Assembly (NCBI GenBank): GCA_050248855.1
Contig: JBFWRP010000004.1
Coordinates: forward strand, 64,001-128,000
Length of the DNA: 64,000 nt
DNA from: Planctomycetota bacterium
Lineage (GTDB): Bacteria; Planctomycetota; PLA2; JAEUHO01
Direction of reading: 5' to 3'
The notes under the pieces were generated by a model. That model did not search any database. It was not told the DNA's origin and worked only from the letters and a program-made list of their open reading frames with translations. The translations under genes and the position numbers were made by a program. How positions within the stretch are numbered: position 1 is the stretch's first letter; each line of letters starts with the position of its first letter. Positions 1-9,355 of the stretch are shown here, in pieces.

Positions 1-2
1 TG

Positions 3-788
3 CTGGCCACGCTGGGCGTCGGGGATGTGGAGGTCCAGCGTCTCGCGGCCCCCACGCCTTCCGAGGGGTGGTCGACGCAGGGCATCTGCCCACCTCCGGT
101 GCTCGCGGACTCCCCGCAGCTCATCACGGGCCCCGGGGTGGACCCCTGGGTCGCTCGCGCCGAAGGCACGTTGGTCGGCGAAGTCCGCTCCGCCACGAAC
201 CGCATCATCGTGATCGCCGATCCCGACGTGCTCACGCCCCGCGGGCTCGGGCTGGGAGGGAATGCGGCCCTCGTGGTGCGGACGATCGAGCACGTACGCG
301 GCAGCGGCCCGGTCATCCTCGACGAAGTGCTCCACGGCTTCGCCCTGGAGCCGAGCCTGTGGCGAGCGCTGTTCCGCATGCCCCTGCTCACGCTCACGCT
401 CCATGGACTGCTCCTGGGCTGCGTGGTCCTGCTGTCGAGCTGGGTGCGGCGCCGCCCCCCCTTGCCGGCCCCCGAGCCCCCCGCGCGCGGCACGACCGCC
501 CTGCTCGAACAGGCCACGGGCCTGTTGGCGCGGCATGGGGACACCTGGGGCGCAGCGGACCACTACACGAGCGCCGCTTGGCACGACGTGGTGGCGGGCT
601 TGCGCATCCCACGTGACGTCGACCGCGCGTCCGCCTTGGCGTGGGTTGCGGCGCGCGAGGAACGGCGGGAGCTCTCCGATCGCTTCGCGTCGATCGACGA
701 GGACCGACGCGGGCGGCGTGGCAACGCCGTCGCGCTGGCCCAGCGTGTCTACCACTGGAAGGAGACCCTGCTCGATGGGACCGTCTGA
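3..788 (+). CDS. DUF4350-domain membrane protein (5'-truncated by the window edge)
   Basis: Frame is open from position 3. Motifs '[21 protein letters not shown]', 'VILDEVLHG', then a TM helix and 'RRRPPLP'. Typical gene upstream of MoxR-DUF58-SpoIIM-RDD; overlaps the MoxR start. Confidence 0.7.
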   Translation: MATLGVGDVEVQRLAAPTPSEGWSTQGICPPPVLADSPQLITGPGVDPWVARAEGTLVGEVRSATNRIIVIADPDVLTPRGLGLGGNAALVVRTIEHVRGSGPVILDEVLHGFALEPSLWRALFRMPLLTLTLHGLLLGCVVLLSSWVRRRPPLPAPEPPARGTTALLEQATGLLARHGDTWGAADHYTSAAWHDVVAGLRIPRDVDRASALAWVAAREERRELSDRFASIDEDRRGRRGNAVALAQRVYHWKETLLDGTV

Positions 789-1731
789 CGTCCAGGAGCT
801 GCGTGCCGCCGTACGCAGCGAGGTCCGCAAGGCCGTGGTCGGTCAGGGTGCGGCGATCGACCTGATGCTGATTGCGCTGATGGCCCGCGGTCACGTGCTC
901 CTGGAAGGTCTGCCGGGAACCGCGAAGACGCTGCTGGCCCGGGCCTTCGCGCGGGCGCTCGATCTCGAGTTCCGTCGCATCCAGTTCACGCCGGACTTGA
1001 TGCCCGGCGACGTCGTGGGCACGAACCTGTTCCACTTCGAGTCCAACCGCTTCGTGCTCACGAAGGGACCGGTGTTCACCCAGCTGCTGCTCGCCGACGA
1101 GATCAACCGCACGCCGCCGAAGACGCAAGCGGCGCTGCTCGAGGCGATGCAGGAACGGCGCGTCACGATCGACGGCACCAGCCACGACCTCGGCCCCGGC
1201 TTCATGGTCCTGGCGACGCAGAACCCCATCGAGCAGGAAGGGACGTACCCGCTGCCCGAGGCCCAGCTGGACCGCTTCCTGGTGCGCGCGCGCATCGGCT
1301 ACCCGTCACGCGAGGACGAGCTGCTGATCGTGACGTCGCACGGTCAAGGCGCCGGGATGCCCGACCTCGACCGTCTCGGTGTCACGGCGGTGGCCGACTT
1401 GGATCGCATCGAGTCGCTGCGCGAGGTCGTGGCCGCCACGCGGCTCGCGGACGAGGTGGTGGGCTACATCGTGGACTTGGTACGCGCGACCCGTGAGCAT
1501 CCGGCCCTCGCCTGCGGCGCGTCGCCCCGCTCCGCGGCCATGCTCGCCATCGCGGCGCGCTCCATGGCCTCGCTGTCCGGGCGCGACTTCGTCGTCCCGG
1601 ACGACGTGAAGGCCGTGCTGGGGCCGTGTCTCGGGCACCGCCTGCTCGTCTCGGCCACGGCGGAGATCGAGGGCCGGGACGCCAAGAGCGTCCTGGGCGA
1701 GATCGTCGCGGCGGTGGCGGCGCCCCGTTGA
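775..1731 (+). CDS. moxR: MoxR-family AAA+ ATPase (318 aa)
   Basis: [14 protein letters not shown]alker [66 protein letters not shown] at 775. Confidence 0.95.
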   Translation: MGPSDVQELRAAVRSEVRKAVVGQGAAIDLMLIALMARGHVLLEGLPGTAKTLLARAFARALDLEFRRIQFTPDLMPGDVVGTNLFHFESNRFVLTKGPVFTQLLLADEINRTPPKTQAALLEAMQERRVTIDGTSHDLGPGFMVLATQNPIEQEGTYPLPEAQLDRFLVRARIGYPSREDELLIVTSHGQGAGMPDLDRLGVTAVADLDRIESLREVVAATRLADEVVGYIVDLVRATREHPALACGASPRSAAMLAIAARSMASLSGRDFVVPDDVKAVLGPCLGHRLLVSATAEIEGRDAKSVLGEIVAAVAAPR

Positions 1732-3044
1732 TGCGACCGACCCGGCTCGCGTGGCTGCTGCTCCTGGCGGGCGCCGCCCTGGCCGCGCTGCCGGCGTGGC
1801 TGGCGCCCGGCTTGGCGGCGGCCTGGCTCGGCTACGTGATGGGCGTCCTCGCGCTCGGCGCACTCGACGGCGCCCTCGCCCCGCGACTGGCCTCGCTCGC
1901 GCCGCGCCTCGTGTTGGCTCCGGCCCTTCCCGTCGGCCTGCCGGGCCACGTGGCGGTAGAGCTCGACGCCCCGCGAACCCGCGGCTCGCTCTCCGTGGAG
2001 GCGGAGGCCGAGGGCGACCCCGACTTGGGGCTCGGACCTCCAGCCCGCGCGGCGATCGATGGACGGGCTGGCGGTCGCATCGAGCTCCCGCTCACACCGC
2101 GCCGCCGCGGCCGCCTCGGGGTGCATGCCCTCTGGCTGCGCTGGCAGGGCCCCTTCGGGCTGCTGGAGCGCGTAGCGCGTTTGCCCGCCGACGCCTCGAC
2201 GCGCGTCGTGCCGGATCTCTCGGCAACGCGCCAAGCCGCGCTGGCCCTGGACGCCACGCGCCACGCCCAGGCCGGCCTCAAGGTGGAGCGCTTCGTCGGA
2301 GATGGCAGCGAGTTCGACGCGATGCGCGAGTACGTGCCCGGCTTGGACGCCCGGTCCATCAGCTGGCGCGCCACCGCCCGCCATCGGCGGCTGGTCTGCC
2401 ACCAGTTCCGGGCGGAGCGCAACCACCCCGTCGTGATCGCGTTCGACACGGGGCGCCTGATGGGCGAGAGGCTGGGCGAAGCCACGCGCCTGGACCACGC
2501 CATCCACGCCGGCCTGCGCCTGGCCTGGACCGCCTTGCGGACGGGCGACCGCGTCGGGATGTTCGCCTTCGACGCCCTGCCCCGCAGCTGGGTCCCGCCC
2601 GACCGCGCCCGCGGCACGTTCGCCGCCTTGCGCCACGGCACGGCCGAGCTCGAGTACGGCTCCAGCGAGAGCAACTTCACGCTCGGCCTGCTCGACTTGG
2701 TCCAGCGGCTCCCTCGTCGCACGCTGATCGTGCTCATGACCGATGTCGTGGACGCGATCGGCGCCGAGCTGCTCATGGAGAACGTGGCCCGCCTCGTGCG
2801 CCGCCACGTGGTCCTGTTCGTCACGTTGGCCGATCCCCAGCTGCGAAGCGCAGCCGACAGCGCGCCGGCCGACCCCATCTCGCTCTCGCGCGCCGTGGTG
2901 TCCAAGCGGCTGCTCGACGAACGGGCGGCCGTGTTGGAGCGCATGGTGCGCCTGGGCGTGCTGGTGTTGGACGCGACCCCCGAGCGCCTGGGCCCGACCT
3001 TGGTCAGCCGCTACCTCGAGGCCAAGCGCCGGGAGCGGGTATGA
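1731..3044 (+). CDS. DUF58-domain protein with N-terminal TM helices (437 aa)
   Basis: TGATG coupling to moxR. GDGSEFDAMREYVPGLDARSISWRATAR DUF58 signature, DTGRLM, GDRVG. Confidence 0.9.
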   Translation: MRPTRLAWLLLLAGAALAALPAWLAPGLAAAWLGYVMGVLALGALDGALAPRLASLAPRLVLAPALPVGLPGHVAVELDAPRTRGSLSVEAEAEGDPDLGLGPPARAAIDGRAGGRIELPLTPRRRGRLGVHALWLRWQGPFGLLERVARLPADASTRVVPDLSATRQAALALDATRHAQAGLKVERFVGDGSEFDAMREYVPGLDARSISWRATARHRRLVCHQFRAERNHPVVIAFDTGRLMGERLGEATRLDHAIHAGLRLAWTALRTGDRVGMFAFDALPRSWVPPDRARGTFAALRHGTAELEYGSSESNFTLGLLDLVQRLPRRTLIVLMTDVVDAIGAELLMENVARLVRRHVVLFVTLADPQLRSAADSAPADPISLSRAVVSKRLLDERAAVLERMVRLGVLVLDATPERLGPTLVSRYLEAKRRERV

Positions 3045-4048
3045 GCTCCACGGCGCTGCTGCGCAGCACGCTGTTCCGCCGCGAGCGCGAGCCCACGTGG
3101 GAGCGCTTGGAGCAGCTCGTCCAGCGGGTGGAGCGTCGGGGTCTGGGGGCGCTCGAGCCGCGCGAGCTGGCGGAGCTCCCGGCCGTGTACCGCGCGACGA
3201 TGAGCTCGCTCGGCATGGCGCGGGCCATCTCGCTGGACCGCAACCTCCTCGAGCACCTGGACAGCCTCGCCCAGCGGGCCTGGTGCGCGTTCTACGCCCC
3301 GTCGCGGTCGTGGCGAGATCGTCTGCGCGAGTGGCTGATGGTGGGCTTCCCCGCCTCCGTCCGCGCCCTGGGCCTCCCGCTCTTCGTGGCGACGCTCACG
3401 TTGCTCGGCGGGATCGCGATCGGCCACGCCATGACGACCGCGGACGAGGAGATGTATCACGCGTTCGTGCCGGAGGCGTACGCCCAGGGACGCAACCCGT
3501 CGACGCCGCGCAGCGAGCTGTGGGATGGCCTCTACGGGATCGAGGACCATCACGGCGCGTTGGCCATGTTCGCGTCCCACCTGATCGTCAACAACACGGG
3601 CGTCGGGCTGCTGCTGGTTGCGCTGGGCTTCCTGGCTGGCCTTCCGGCGCTCATCCTGCTGTTCTTCAACGCCCTGCTGCTCGGCGCCATGAGCGCCCTC
3701 TTCGCGCGCCACGGCCTTGCGCTCGACTTCTGGGCCTGGGTCCTCCCCCACGGCGTCACCGAGCTCCTGGCGATCCTGCTCTGCGGAGCGGCCAGCTTGG
3801 CGATCGGGGGCGCGCTCGTGGCCCCGGGCACGCTGGGCCGCCGGCAGGCGCTGGCCGGTGCGGGCCGCCGCGCGGCGCCCGTGGTCATGGGAGCCATGGC
3901 GATGTTCGGCATCGCCGGGTTGATCGAGGGCTTCTTCCGGCAGCTGGTGACGGACACGCCGACACGGGTCGCGCTCGCGCTCCTGACCGCCGTCCTCTGG
4001 GCCGCGTGGCTGGGTCTGGGCGGTCGCCTGGCGAGGGCGCGCGCATGA
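3041..4048 (+). CDS. Stage II sporulation protein M (SpoIIM/DUF95) family membrane protein (335 aa)
   Basis: ATGA overlap. 'FRREREPTWERLE', 'IVNNTGVG', 'LPHGVTELLAI', 'AGLIEGF' motifs. Confidence 0.88.
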   Translation: MSSTALLRSTLFRREREPTWERLEQLVQRVERRGLGALEPRELAELPAVYRATMSSLGMARAISLDRNLLEHLDSLAQRAWCAFYAPSRSWRDRLREWLMVGFPASVRALGLPLFVATLTLLGGIAIGHAMTTADEEMYHAFVPEAYAQGRNPSTPRSELWDGLYGIEDHHGALAMFASHLIVNNTGVGLLLVALGFLAGLPALILLFFNALLLGAMSALFARHGLALDFWAWVLPHGVTELLAILLCGAASLAIGGALVAPGTLGRRQALAGAGRRAAPVVMGAMAMFGIAGLIEGFFRQLVTDTPTRVALALLTAVLWAAWLGLGGRLARARA

Positions 4049-4950
4049 CGACCCGCGCAGCCGTCCGCGAACGCCGCCTGGAGGTCATGCCGCCCGAAGG
4101 CGTGCCGCTCAGCTTCGAGCTGGCGGGAGTGGGTGAGCGCTTCGCCGCGTTCATCGTCGACCAGCTCGCGCTCGGGCTGCTGGCGCTTCCAGCGGTCCTC
4201 TGGCTGGGCGTCGGCGGCGCACGCGGCGGGGGCGGGTTCCTCGACGCCCTCGCCCTGCTCTGGGTCTATGGCCTCCTCATGTTCGGTCCCACGTGGTTCG
4301 AGCTCTCGGGTCGCGGGACCACGCCCGGCAAGCGGCGCATGGGCCTGCGCGTCGTGGATGCCGAGGGACAGACCCTGCAGGCGCGAGCGCTCGTGGCGCG
4401 CAATCTGGTACGGCACGTGGAAGTCTGGCTGCCGGTCCAGGCGCTGCTCGCCTCCGAGGCGCTGTTGCCCAACGCGCCGGGGGTGCTGCGCCTCGCCAGC
4501 ATCGGCTGGCTGGGCGCGGTCGTCGCCTTGCCCTTCATCGGCAAGGAGCGCACGCGAGCGGGCGACCTCGTGGCAGGGACACGCGTCGTACGGCAGCCGG
4601 TCGCCCGCCTGCTTGGCGACGTCGCGGCGCGCACACGCCGCTCCAGCGCGGACGCCACCTACACCTTCACCGCAGACCAGCTGGCCGTGTACGGCACGTA
4701 CGAGCTGCAGGTGCTGGAAGACCTGCTGCGCATGGGCGCGGGCGGCCCGGGACGTCGCGAGGCCATGGCGAGCGTGCGCCGCCGGATCGCGGCGAAGATC
4801 GGCGACCCTCGGTCCTCGGGCGGCCGCGGCGACGACGAGGCATACCTGCACGCCTACTACGCGGCGCTCCGCGGCCACTTGGAAGGCCGGCTGCTCCTGG
4901 GCCTGGGCAAGCGCGACAAGCACAGCCCCGAGCAGCGACGCGAACCCTGA
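4045..4950 (+). CDS. RDD-family membrane protein (301 aa)
   Basis: ATGA overlap. PEGVPLSFELAGVGERFAAFIVD, GTTPGKRRMGLRVV, RAGDLVAGTRVV. Confidence 0.88.
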   Translation: MTTRAAVRERRLEVMPPEGVPLSFELAGVGERFAAFIVDQLALGLLALPAVLWLGVGGARGGGGFLDALALLWVYGLLMFGPTWFELSGRGTTPGKRRMGLRVVDAEGQTLQARALVARNLVRHVEVWLPVQALLASEALLPNAPGVLRLASIGWLGAVVALPFIGKERTRAGDLVAGTRVVRQPVARLLGDVAARTRRSSADATYTFTADQLAVYGTYELQVLEDLLRMGAGGPGRREAMASVRRRIAAKIGDPRSSGGRGDDEAYLHAYYAALRGHLEGRLLLGLGKRDKHSPEQRREP

Positions 4951-5811
4951 TCAGGCCCCGTCGTGGGCCGCTTCGCGACGCAACGGCTCGTCCAGGCTCC
5001 CGTGCCGGAGCCCCTCGAGGTCGACCGCAACCCAGTGGAAGCCCTCGGCGCGCAAGCCCTCGACGACGCGCTCCCGCACGCCGGGCGCAAGCAGCGCAGC
5101 GACCTGGTCGAGGGGCACCTCGATGCGCGCCACGGGATCGTGGAAGCGGACGCGGAGGTCGCGGAAGCCCAGATCCCGCAGCACCCGCTCGGCGCGCTGC
5201 ACGCGCAACAGGTCTGCCCGGTCGATCGCAGTCCCGTACGGGAAGCGGCTCGCGAGGCACGCATTGGCAGGCTTGTCCCATGAGGCAAGCCCTCGGTGCC
5301 GTGCCACGGCGCGCACCCAGACCTTGGAGAGCCCGGCCTCGGCGAGGGGGCTGCCCACACCACGTCGCTCGCCGGCGGCCAAGCCGGGCCGGTGCCCCTC
5401 CCCATCGTCGGCGTTCGTGCCGTCCAGCACGTGGGCGAGCCCACGGCGCGCGGCCAGGTCACGCATCTCGCCGTAGAGGTGCAGCTTGCAGTGGAAGCAA
5501 CGGTCCGGTCCGTTGCGGCGGAAGGCCTCGATGTCGACCTCGCTCCCGGACAGGGCGACGTGCTCGACGCCGAGAGCCGCACAGAGCTCGAGGGACTCGG
5601 TGAGGTCCTCCTCCGGCAAGCTCTCCGAACGGCTGGTGGCCGCGACGAGCCGGTCCCGGCCCAGGGCGTCCACGGCGGCATGGAGCACGAGACTGCTGTC
5701 GCTGCCGCCACTCAAGGCCACGACGGCACCGCCCTCGTACCGGGCGAGAGCATGGAGCAGACGCGACTCGGCCTCGGTCACGTCGCGCGGCGGCGGGTGC
5801 ATGCGGTCCAC
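4951..5811 (-). CDS. larE: ATP-dependent sulfur transferase LarE (286 aa)
   Basis: PP-loop ALSGGSDS, RCFHCK, DGTNADD, HRPG, KPANACLASRFPYG, GFRDLRVRFHDPVARIE, VDLEG. Confidence 0.9.
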   Translation of the reverse strand: MDRMHPPPRDVTEAESRLLHALARYEGGAVVALSGGSDSSLVLHAAVDALGRDRLVAATSRSESLPEEDLTESLELCAALGVEHVALSGSEVDIEAFRRNGPDRCFHCKLHLYGEMRDLAARRGLAHVLDGTNADDGEGHRPGLAAGERRGVGSPLAEAGLSKVWVRAVARHRGLASWDKPANACLASRFPYGTAIDRADLLRVQRAERVLRDLGFRDLRVRFHDPVARIEVPLDQVAALLAPGVRERVVEGLRAEGFHWVAVDLEGLRHGSLDEPLRREAAHDGA

Positions 5812-5829
5812 GCCAGGAGAATAGCGGAC

Positions 5830-5887
5830 AAAAAGGAGCCGAGGCCGGGAAGCCAGGGCTCCGAAGAGCCATGACCTCCCGGCCTCG
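5830..5887 (-). terminator. Intrinsic terminator downstream of the large glycine-rich lipoprotein gene
   Basis: Minus strand reads CGAGGCCGGGA-GGTCAT-GGCTC-TTCG-GAGCC-CTGGCT-TCCCGGCCTCG-GCTCC-TTTTT: a long stem with a cUUCGg tetraloop followed by a U-tract, about 30 nt after the stop codon. Confidence 0.75.
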
Positions 5888-5916
5888 ACGGGGGTTCGCG
5901 GTTCTACCGCCGTGAG

Positions 5917-8757
5917 CTACTGGTCGCTCGAGTAGCGGATCGTCCAGTCGTCCAAGTACGGACCCGGGTCAAGCGGGCCGACCGTGCCGGGCAGGTAGAA
6001 CGTGATGCGGATCTGGATGAACTCGTAGCCGTCCAGGCTGTTGATCGTCCCGCCCGCGTTGCCCACGGGAACCGAGACGTCGGCCGGGTTCGAGCTGGGG
6101 ACCCAGAGCGGATCGTTCTCGACACCGCTGTCGCGGAAGAAGCCGACCGTGCGCCAGGGCGTTGCCGAACCGAGGTCCGGCTGGCCGTTGGCCTGGATCT
6201 GGTAGCCACGAGCGTCGATGAAGATGCTCGTCGCCCCCGGGCCGTTGCTGGCGATCGACGGGATGCCCGCCTTGAAGTCCGCCGCGCCGGGCGTCGTGTA
6301 GTCCGGGTTGAGCGGACCCATGGCGATGATCTGCGTCTGGGCGTAGGGCATCGTGCCGCCGCCCTTGAAGCGCGAGGAGTCGAAGATGTCGCGGTAGAAG
6401 CCGTCGTCACCCTCGTTCGGGGTGCAGGTGGCCGCGCCGAGACCCTCGATCACCGAGTCGGCGTCCTCGAGGACGATGCGACCGTGCCCACCGGGGGCGC
6501 CGTCGTTCTGCGGACCGACGTAGCCGGCGCTCTGGTTCGAGACGCCGCCGGCACCGCCCGCCGCCGTCAGCACCGTGGAGGCGCCGAGGATGATGCGGGA
6601 CGAGGTGAGCAGGCGGATGCCGCCACCCGCGCCACCGCCACCACCGGCGGCCGCGCCGCAGCCGCAGCAGTAGGGCGTGCCCGAAGCACCACCCACGCTG
6701 CCAGCCGCATCGATGGTGCCGAACACCGTGATGTTGCCGGAGGCGGTGAAGTCCACGAAACCACCACCCGCGCCACCGCCGCCACCACCCGTACCGTAGT
6801 AGGTGTACGAGCCACCCCACTGCTCGCGGCCGCCAGCGCCGCCACCGCCGCCCGCGGAGGGGGTGAACATGGCGTCGTCCGCCGGGAAGGCCGCGCCGCC
6901 CTCACCCTGGACCGCACCCAGGTTGGTATGGCCATTGCCCATCAGGTTCGTGCTGGTGCCGCCGTCCACACCGTGGCCGCCGCCACCGCCGCCCTGGGCG
7001 GTCCCGTAGCTGGTGCCGGGGTAGATGGTCTGGTGGCCAACGCCGCCCTTGCCGGCGCCGATGCCGCCCTGGACGCCGTAGCCCGAGTCGCTGCCGTAGC
7101 CGCTGAAGCCGTTCTTGCCGTGCGTGGCGGCTTCCGAGTGGGCGACGGCCGTACCGCCTTCGCCACCGCCGGCCACGCCCTTGCCGCCAGCCGCGAAGCC
7201 GGTGGGGTTGTACGTCCAGTTGTAGCCCACGGCGCCACGCCCCTGGGGCGTGCCACCGATGTTGTCGCCGCGGACGACCACGCGGCCGCCCTGCTCGATC
7301 ACGATGTCACCCTGCACCAGGATGATCGCGGGGTTGACACCCTTGAAGCGCACCGTGGCGCCGCTTTGCACGCGGAACGAGGCGAACTCCCAGACGACCG
7401 CCGTGCTGCCGTCCACCGTGTTCGGGCAGGTGTTGATCGTGGCGCCCGTGTCGAACGTCATGTCGGACGAAGCCTCGAAGTCGTCCTTGCTGCCGTCGTT
7501 GTCCTGGAGCGGGACGCTGCAACCCGGGGCCTGGTCGGGACCGGAGGGGAACAGGATGTCGCTCGTCTGGCCGTTGTCACCGTCGCCGGAGAAGAGCAGG
7601 TAGCCCTGGACGACGCCCGGGGAGCGGGCGGTGTTGATGTCCGACGTGCTGTTGGACGTGTCGAAGGGGGTCTCACCCTGCACGAGCATCTGGTAGCTGC
7701 CCGCCTGCAGCGGCAGGTTCTCGGTCGTGAAGGAGGTGGTGACCGGCGCCAGCGGCAGACCGCCGAAGTCCTCGATGCCGCCCAGCATGCGGAACACGAG
7801 CATGGCGTTCTCGGGGAAGCGGCCGCCCTGGGGGATCAGCTTGATCTGCGTGCTGGCCAGGCTCTGCGTCAGCTGGATGGTCGCCACCACACGCTGCGGG
7901 GGGGCGAACGGCGTCGAGACGTCGGCGCCCCATGTGGCGGAGCTGGCGTTGCCGTCGGCCGTGCTGCTGCCGATGTAGAAGCCGGACGCGTTGCCGTTGG
8001 GAGCCGTGCGGGCGTTGGCCAGCACGGGGTCGCCCTTCTCGTACATCCAGAGCTGGACCGTGTTGCCGTTGACCGTGCACGGGTCCAGGTTCTCGGAGAC
8101 GGTGACCGTGACGGCGTTCGTGTCGTCCACGTCGACGGCCTGGGAACCGGTCGTGGGCGTGATCGCGGTGACGGTCGGCGCGAAGGCCGGGATCTGGTCC
8201 AGGAAGCGCTCGGGGTCCGTCTCGGCGCGCGTCTGGAACTCCATGCTCACGGTCGAGAGCAACTTCTCGCCGAGGGTGTTCTTGAGGCAGAACTGTTCGG
8301 GCGAGCCGACGAGCTGCACGCGGTAGCGCGTGGAGGCCCGGAAGCCGGCGTCGGAGAAGTCGCAAAGACCCGGGAGCTGGGGCTCGAAGTAGATCGTGGC
8401 GCCCTCGACGCGGAACGTGCCGTCGACGTCCAGACCCCACTGGTCACCCCGACGCAGCTGCAGCGAGGCGGGCGTCACCGAAGCGGGATCGACCGCGTCG
8501 TTGAAGTGCCACGCGAGCACCGCGTTCAGGGCCACGTTGTCGAGGCCGTCCTGCTCGAAGGAAACGAGCGACAGACCGCGACCGGGGAACCCGGCCTTGG
8601 CCCCGCCGCACGACGCCACGAGCGGTGCCATCAGCGCCGCGAGGACCACCAGGCCCAACACGCCCGGGCGCATGAAGGTCCGCGCACGCGAGCCACCAGG
8701 CTGCGGCTCCATCGAGTGCCGGCGCCGCGCGCCGCGCTCTGCCGTTGTCTTCAACAT
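5917..8757 (-). CDS. Large surface lipoprotein with Ig-like (Big_5/SbsA-like) domains and a glycine-rich repeat region (946 aa; alternative starts 8712 and 8673)
   Basis: GGGAG RBS before ATG 8757. Lipobox LVASC|GG. 'FNDAVDPASV' and 'SENLDPCTV' Ig-like repeats. GGGGG/GAGGG-rich region with 'GTIDAAG' and 'GGHGRIVLE'. Confidence 0.8.
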   Translation of the reverse strand: MLKTTAERGARRRHSMEPQPGGSRARTFMRPGVLGLVVLAALMAPLVASCGGAKAGFPGRGLSLVSFEQDGLDNVALNAVLAWHFNDAVDPASVTPASLQLRRGDQWGLDVDGTFRVEGATIYFEPQLPGLCDFSDAGFRASTRYRVQLVGSPEQFCLKNTLGEKLLSTVSMEFQTRAETDPERFLDQIPAFAPTVTAITPTTGSQAVDVDDTNAVTVTVSENLDPCTVNGNTVQLWMYEKGDPVLANARTAPNGNASGFYIGSSTADGNASSATWGADVSTPFAPPQRVVATIQLTQSLASTQIKLIPQGGRFPENAMLVFRMLGGIEDFGGLPLAPVTTSFTTENLPLQAGSYQMLVQGETPFDTSNSTSDINTARSPGVVQGYLLFSGDGDNGQTSDILFPSGPDQAPGCSVPLQDNDGSKDDFEASSDMTFDTGATINTCPNTVDGSTAVVWEFASFRVQSGATVRFKGVNPAIILVQGDIVIEQGGRVVVRGDNIGGTPQGRGAVGYNWTYNPTGFAAGGKGVAGGGEGGTAVAHSEAATHGKNGFSGYGSDSGYGVQGGIGAGKGGVGHQTIYPGTSYGTAQGGGGGGHGVDGGTSTNLMGNGHTNLGAVQGEGGAAFPADDAMFTPSAGGGGGAGGREQWGGSYTYYGTGGGGGGAGGGFVDFTASGNITVFGTIDAAGSVGGASGTPYCCGCGAAAGGGGGAGGGIRLLTSSRIILGASTVLTAAGGAGGVSNQSAGYVGPQNDGAPGGHGRIVLEDADSVIEGLGAATCTPNEGDDGFYRDIFDSSRFKGGGTMPYAQTQIIAMGPLNPDYTTPGAADFKAGIPSIASNGPGATSIFIDARGYQIQANGQPDLGSATPWRTVGFFRDSGVENDPLWVPSSNPADVSVPVGNAGGTINSLDGYEFIQIRITFYLPGTVGPLDPGPYLDDWTIRYSSDQ

Positions 8758-9112
8758 GGATCTTGCTCCCAGGAAGTGCCCCCCGTCATCGAGGAGCTTG
8801 CCGTGCTTGCGCGCGGCGCGATGTAGTTCGAAGGACTTGGGTGTCGGAGGACGCGAATGCCCGAGGACGCAGGTCCTGCGTACCAAGCCGGTCCACGTTA
8901 CCCGCCGCGAAGCGCCGACCCAACCGAGCCCGAACGTACCCGGGGGAATGTACCCCGGAGAACCCTCGGACACCGACTCCCCTATCGTCGGATTCCGTGG
9001 GATCCCGCTCCGAGGAGCCGGTTCCCGTCCGGAACGCCAAGATGCCGGGAGAAGAAGCTGGGCGGCACCTCCTCGCGGAGGATGCCGTGGACCTTGTCCG
9101 GCGTGGGTGGGC

Positions 9113-9128
9113 GCAACTCCCGTACCAA
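9113..9128 (-). promoter_or_regulatory. Putative sigma-54 (-24/-12) promoter for the large lipoprotein gene
   Basis: Minus strand TTGGTACG-GGAG-TTGC matches the consensus TGGCACG-N4-TTGC with exact GG-N10-GC spacing, within a ~600-bp intergenic gap and oriented toward the gene. Confidence 0.6.
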
Positions 9129-9355
9129 GGCCCATCCTCGTCCGGGGCCCATGGATCAGCCGTTTGGGGGCGTCCATACGTGCCCGGCGGCGCGGGCCGG
9201 CGCTCCACTGCGCGGTTCCGCACGGTGCCCGGCGGCGCGCCGCCCGGCCCGCGACCTCCCGGGTCGAAACGTCGGGAATCAGGGCCCGGAACCAACGGGC
9301 GCCAGTCCGCGGGAGGACCAAGGCCCCCGCTGACGCAGGACGGCCGCCGCGGCCG

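Noticed and set aside
8867..8886. Second sigma-54-like site TTGGTACGCAGGACCTGC
   Set aside because: GG-to-GC spacing is 12 rather than the required 10; kept only as a palindrome/repeat.
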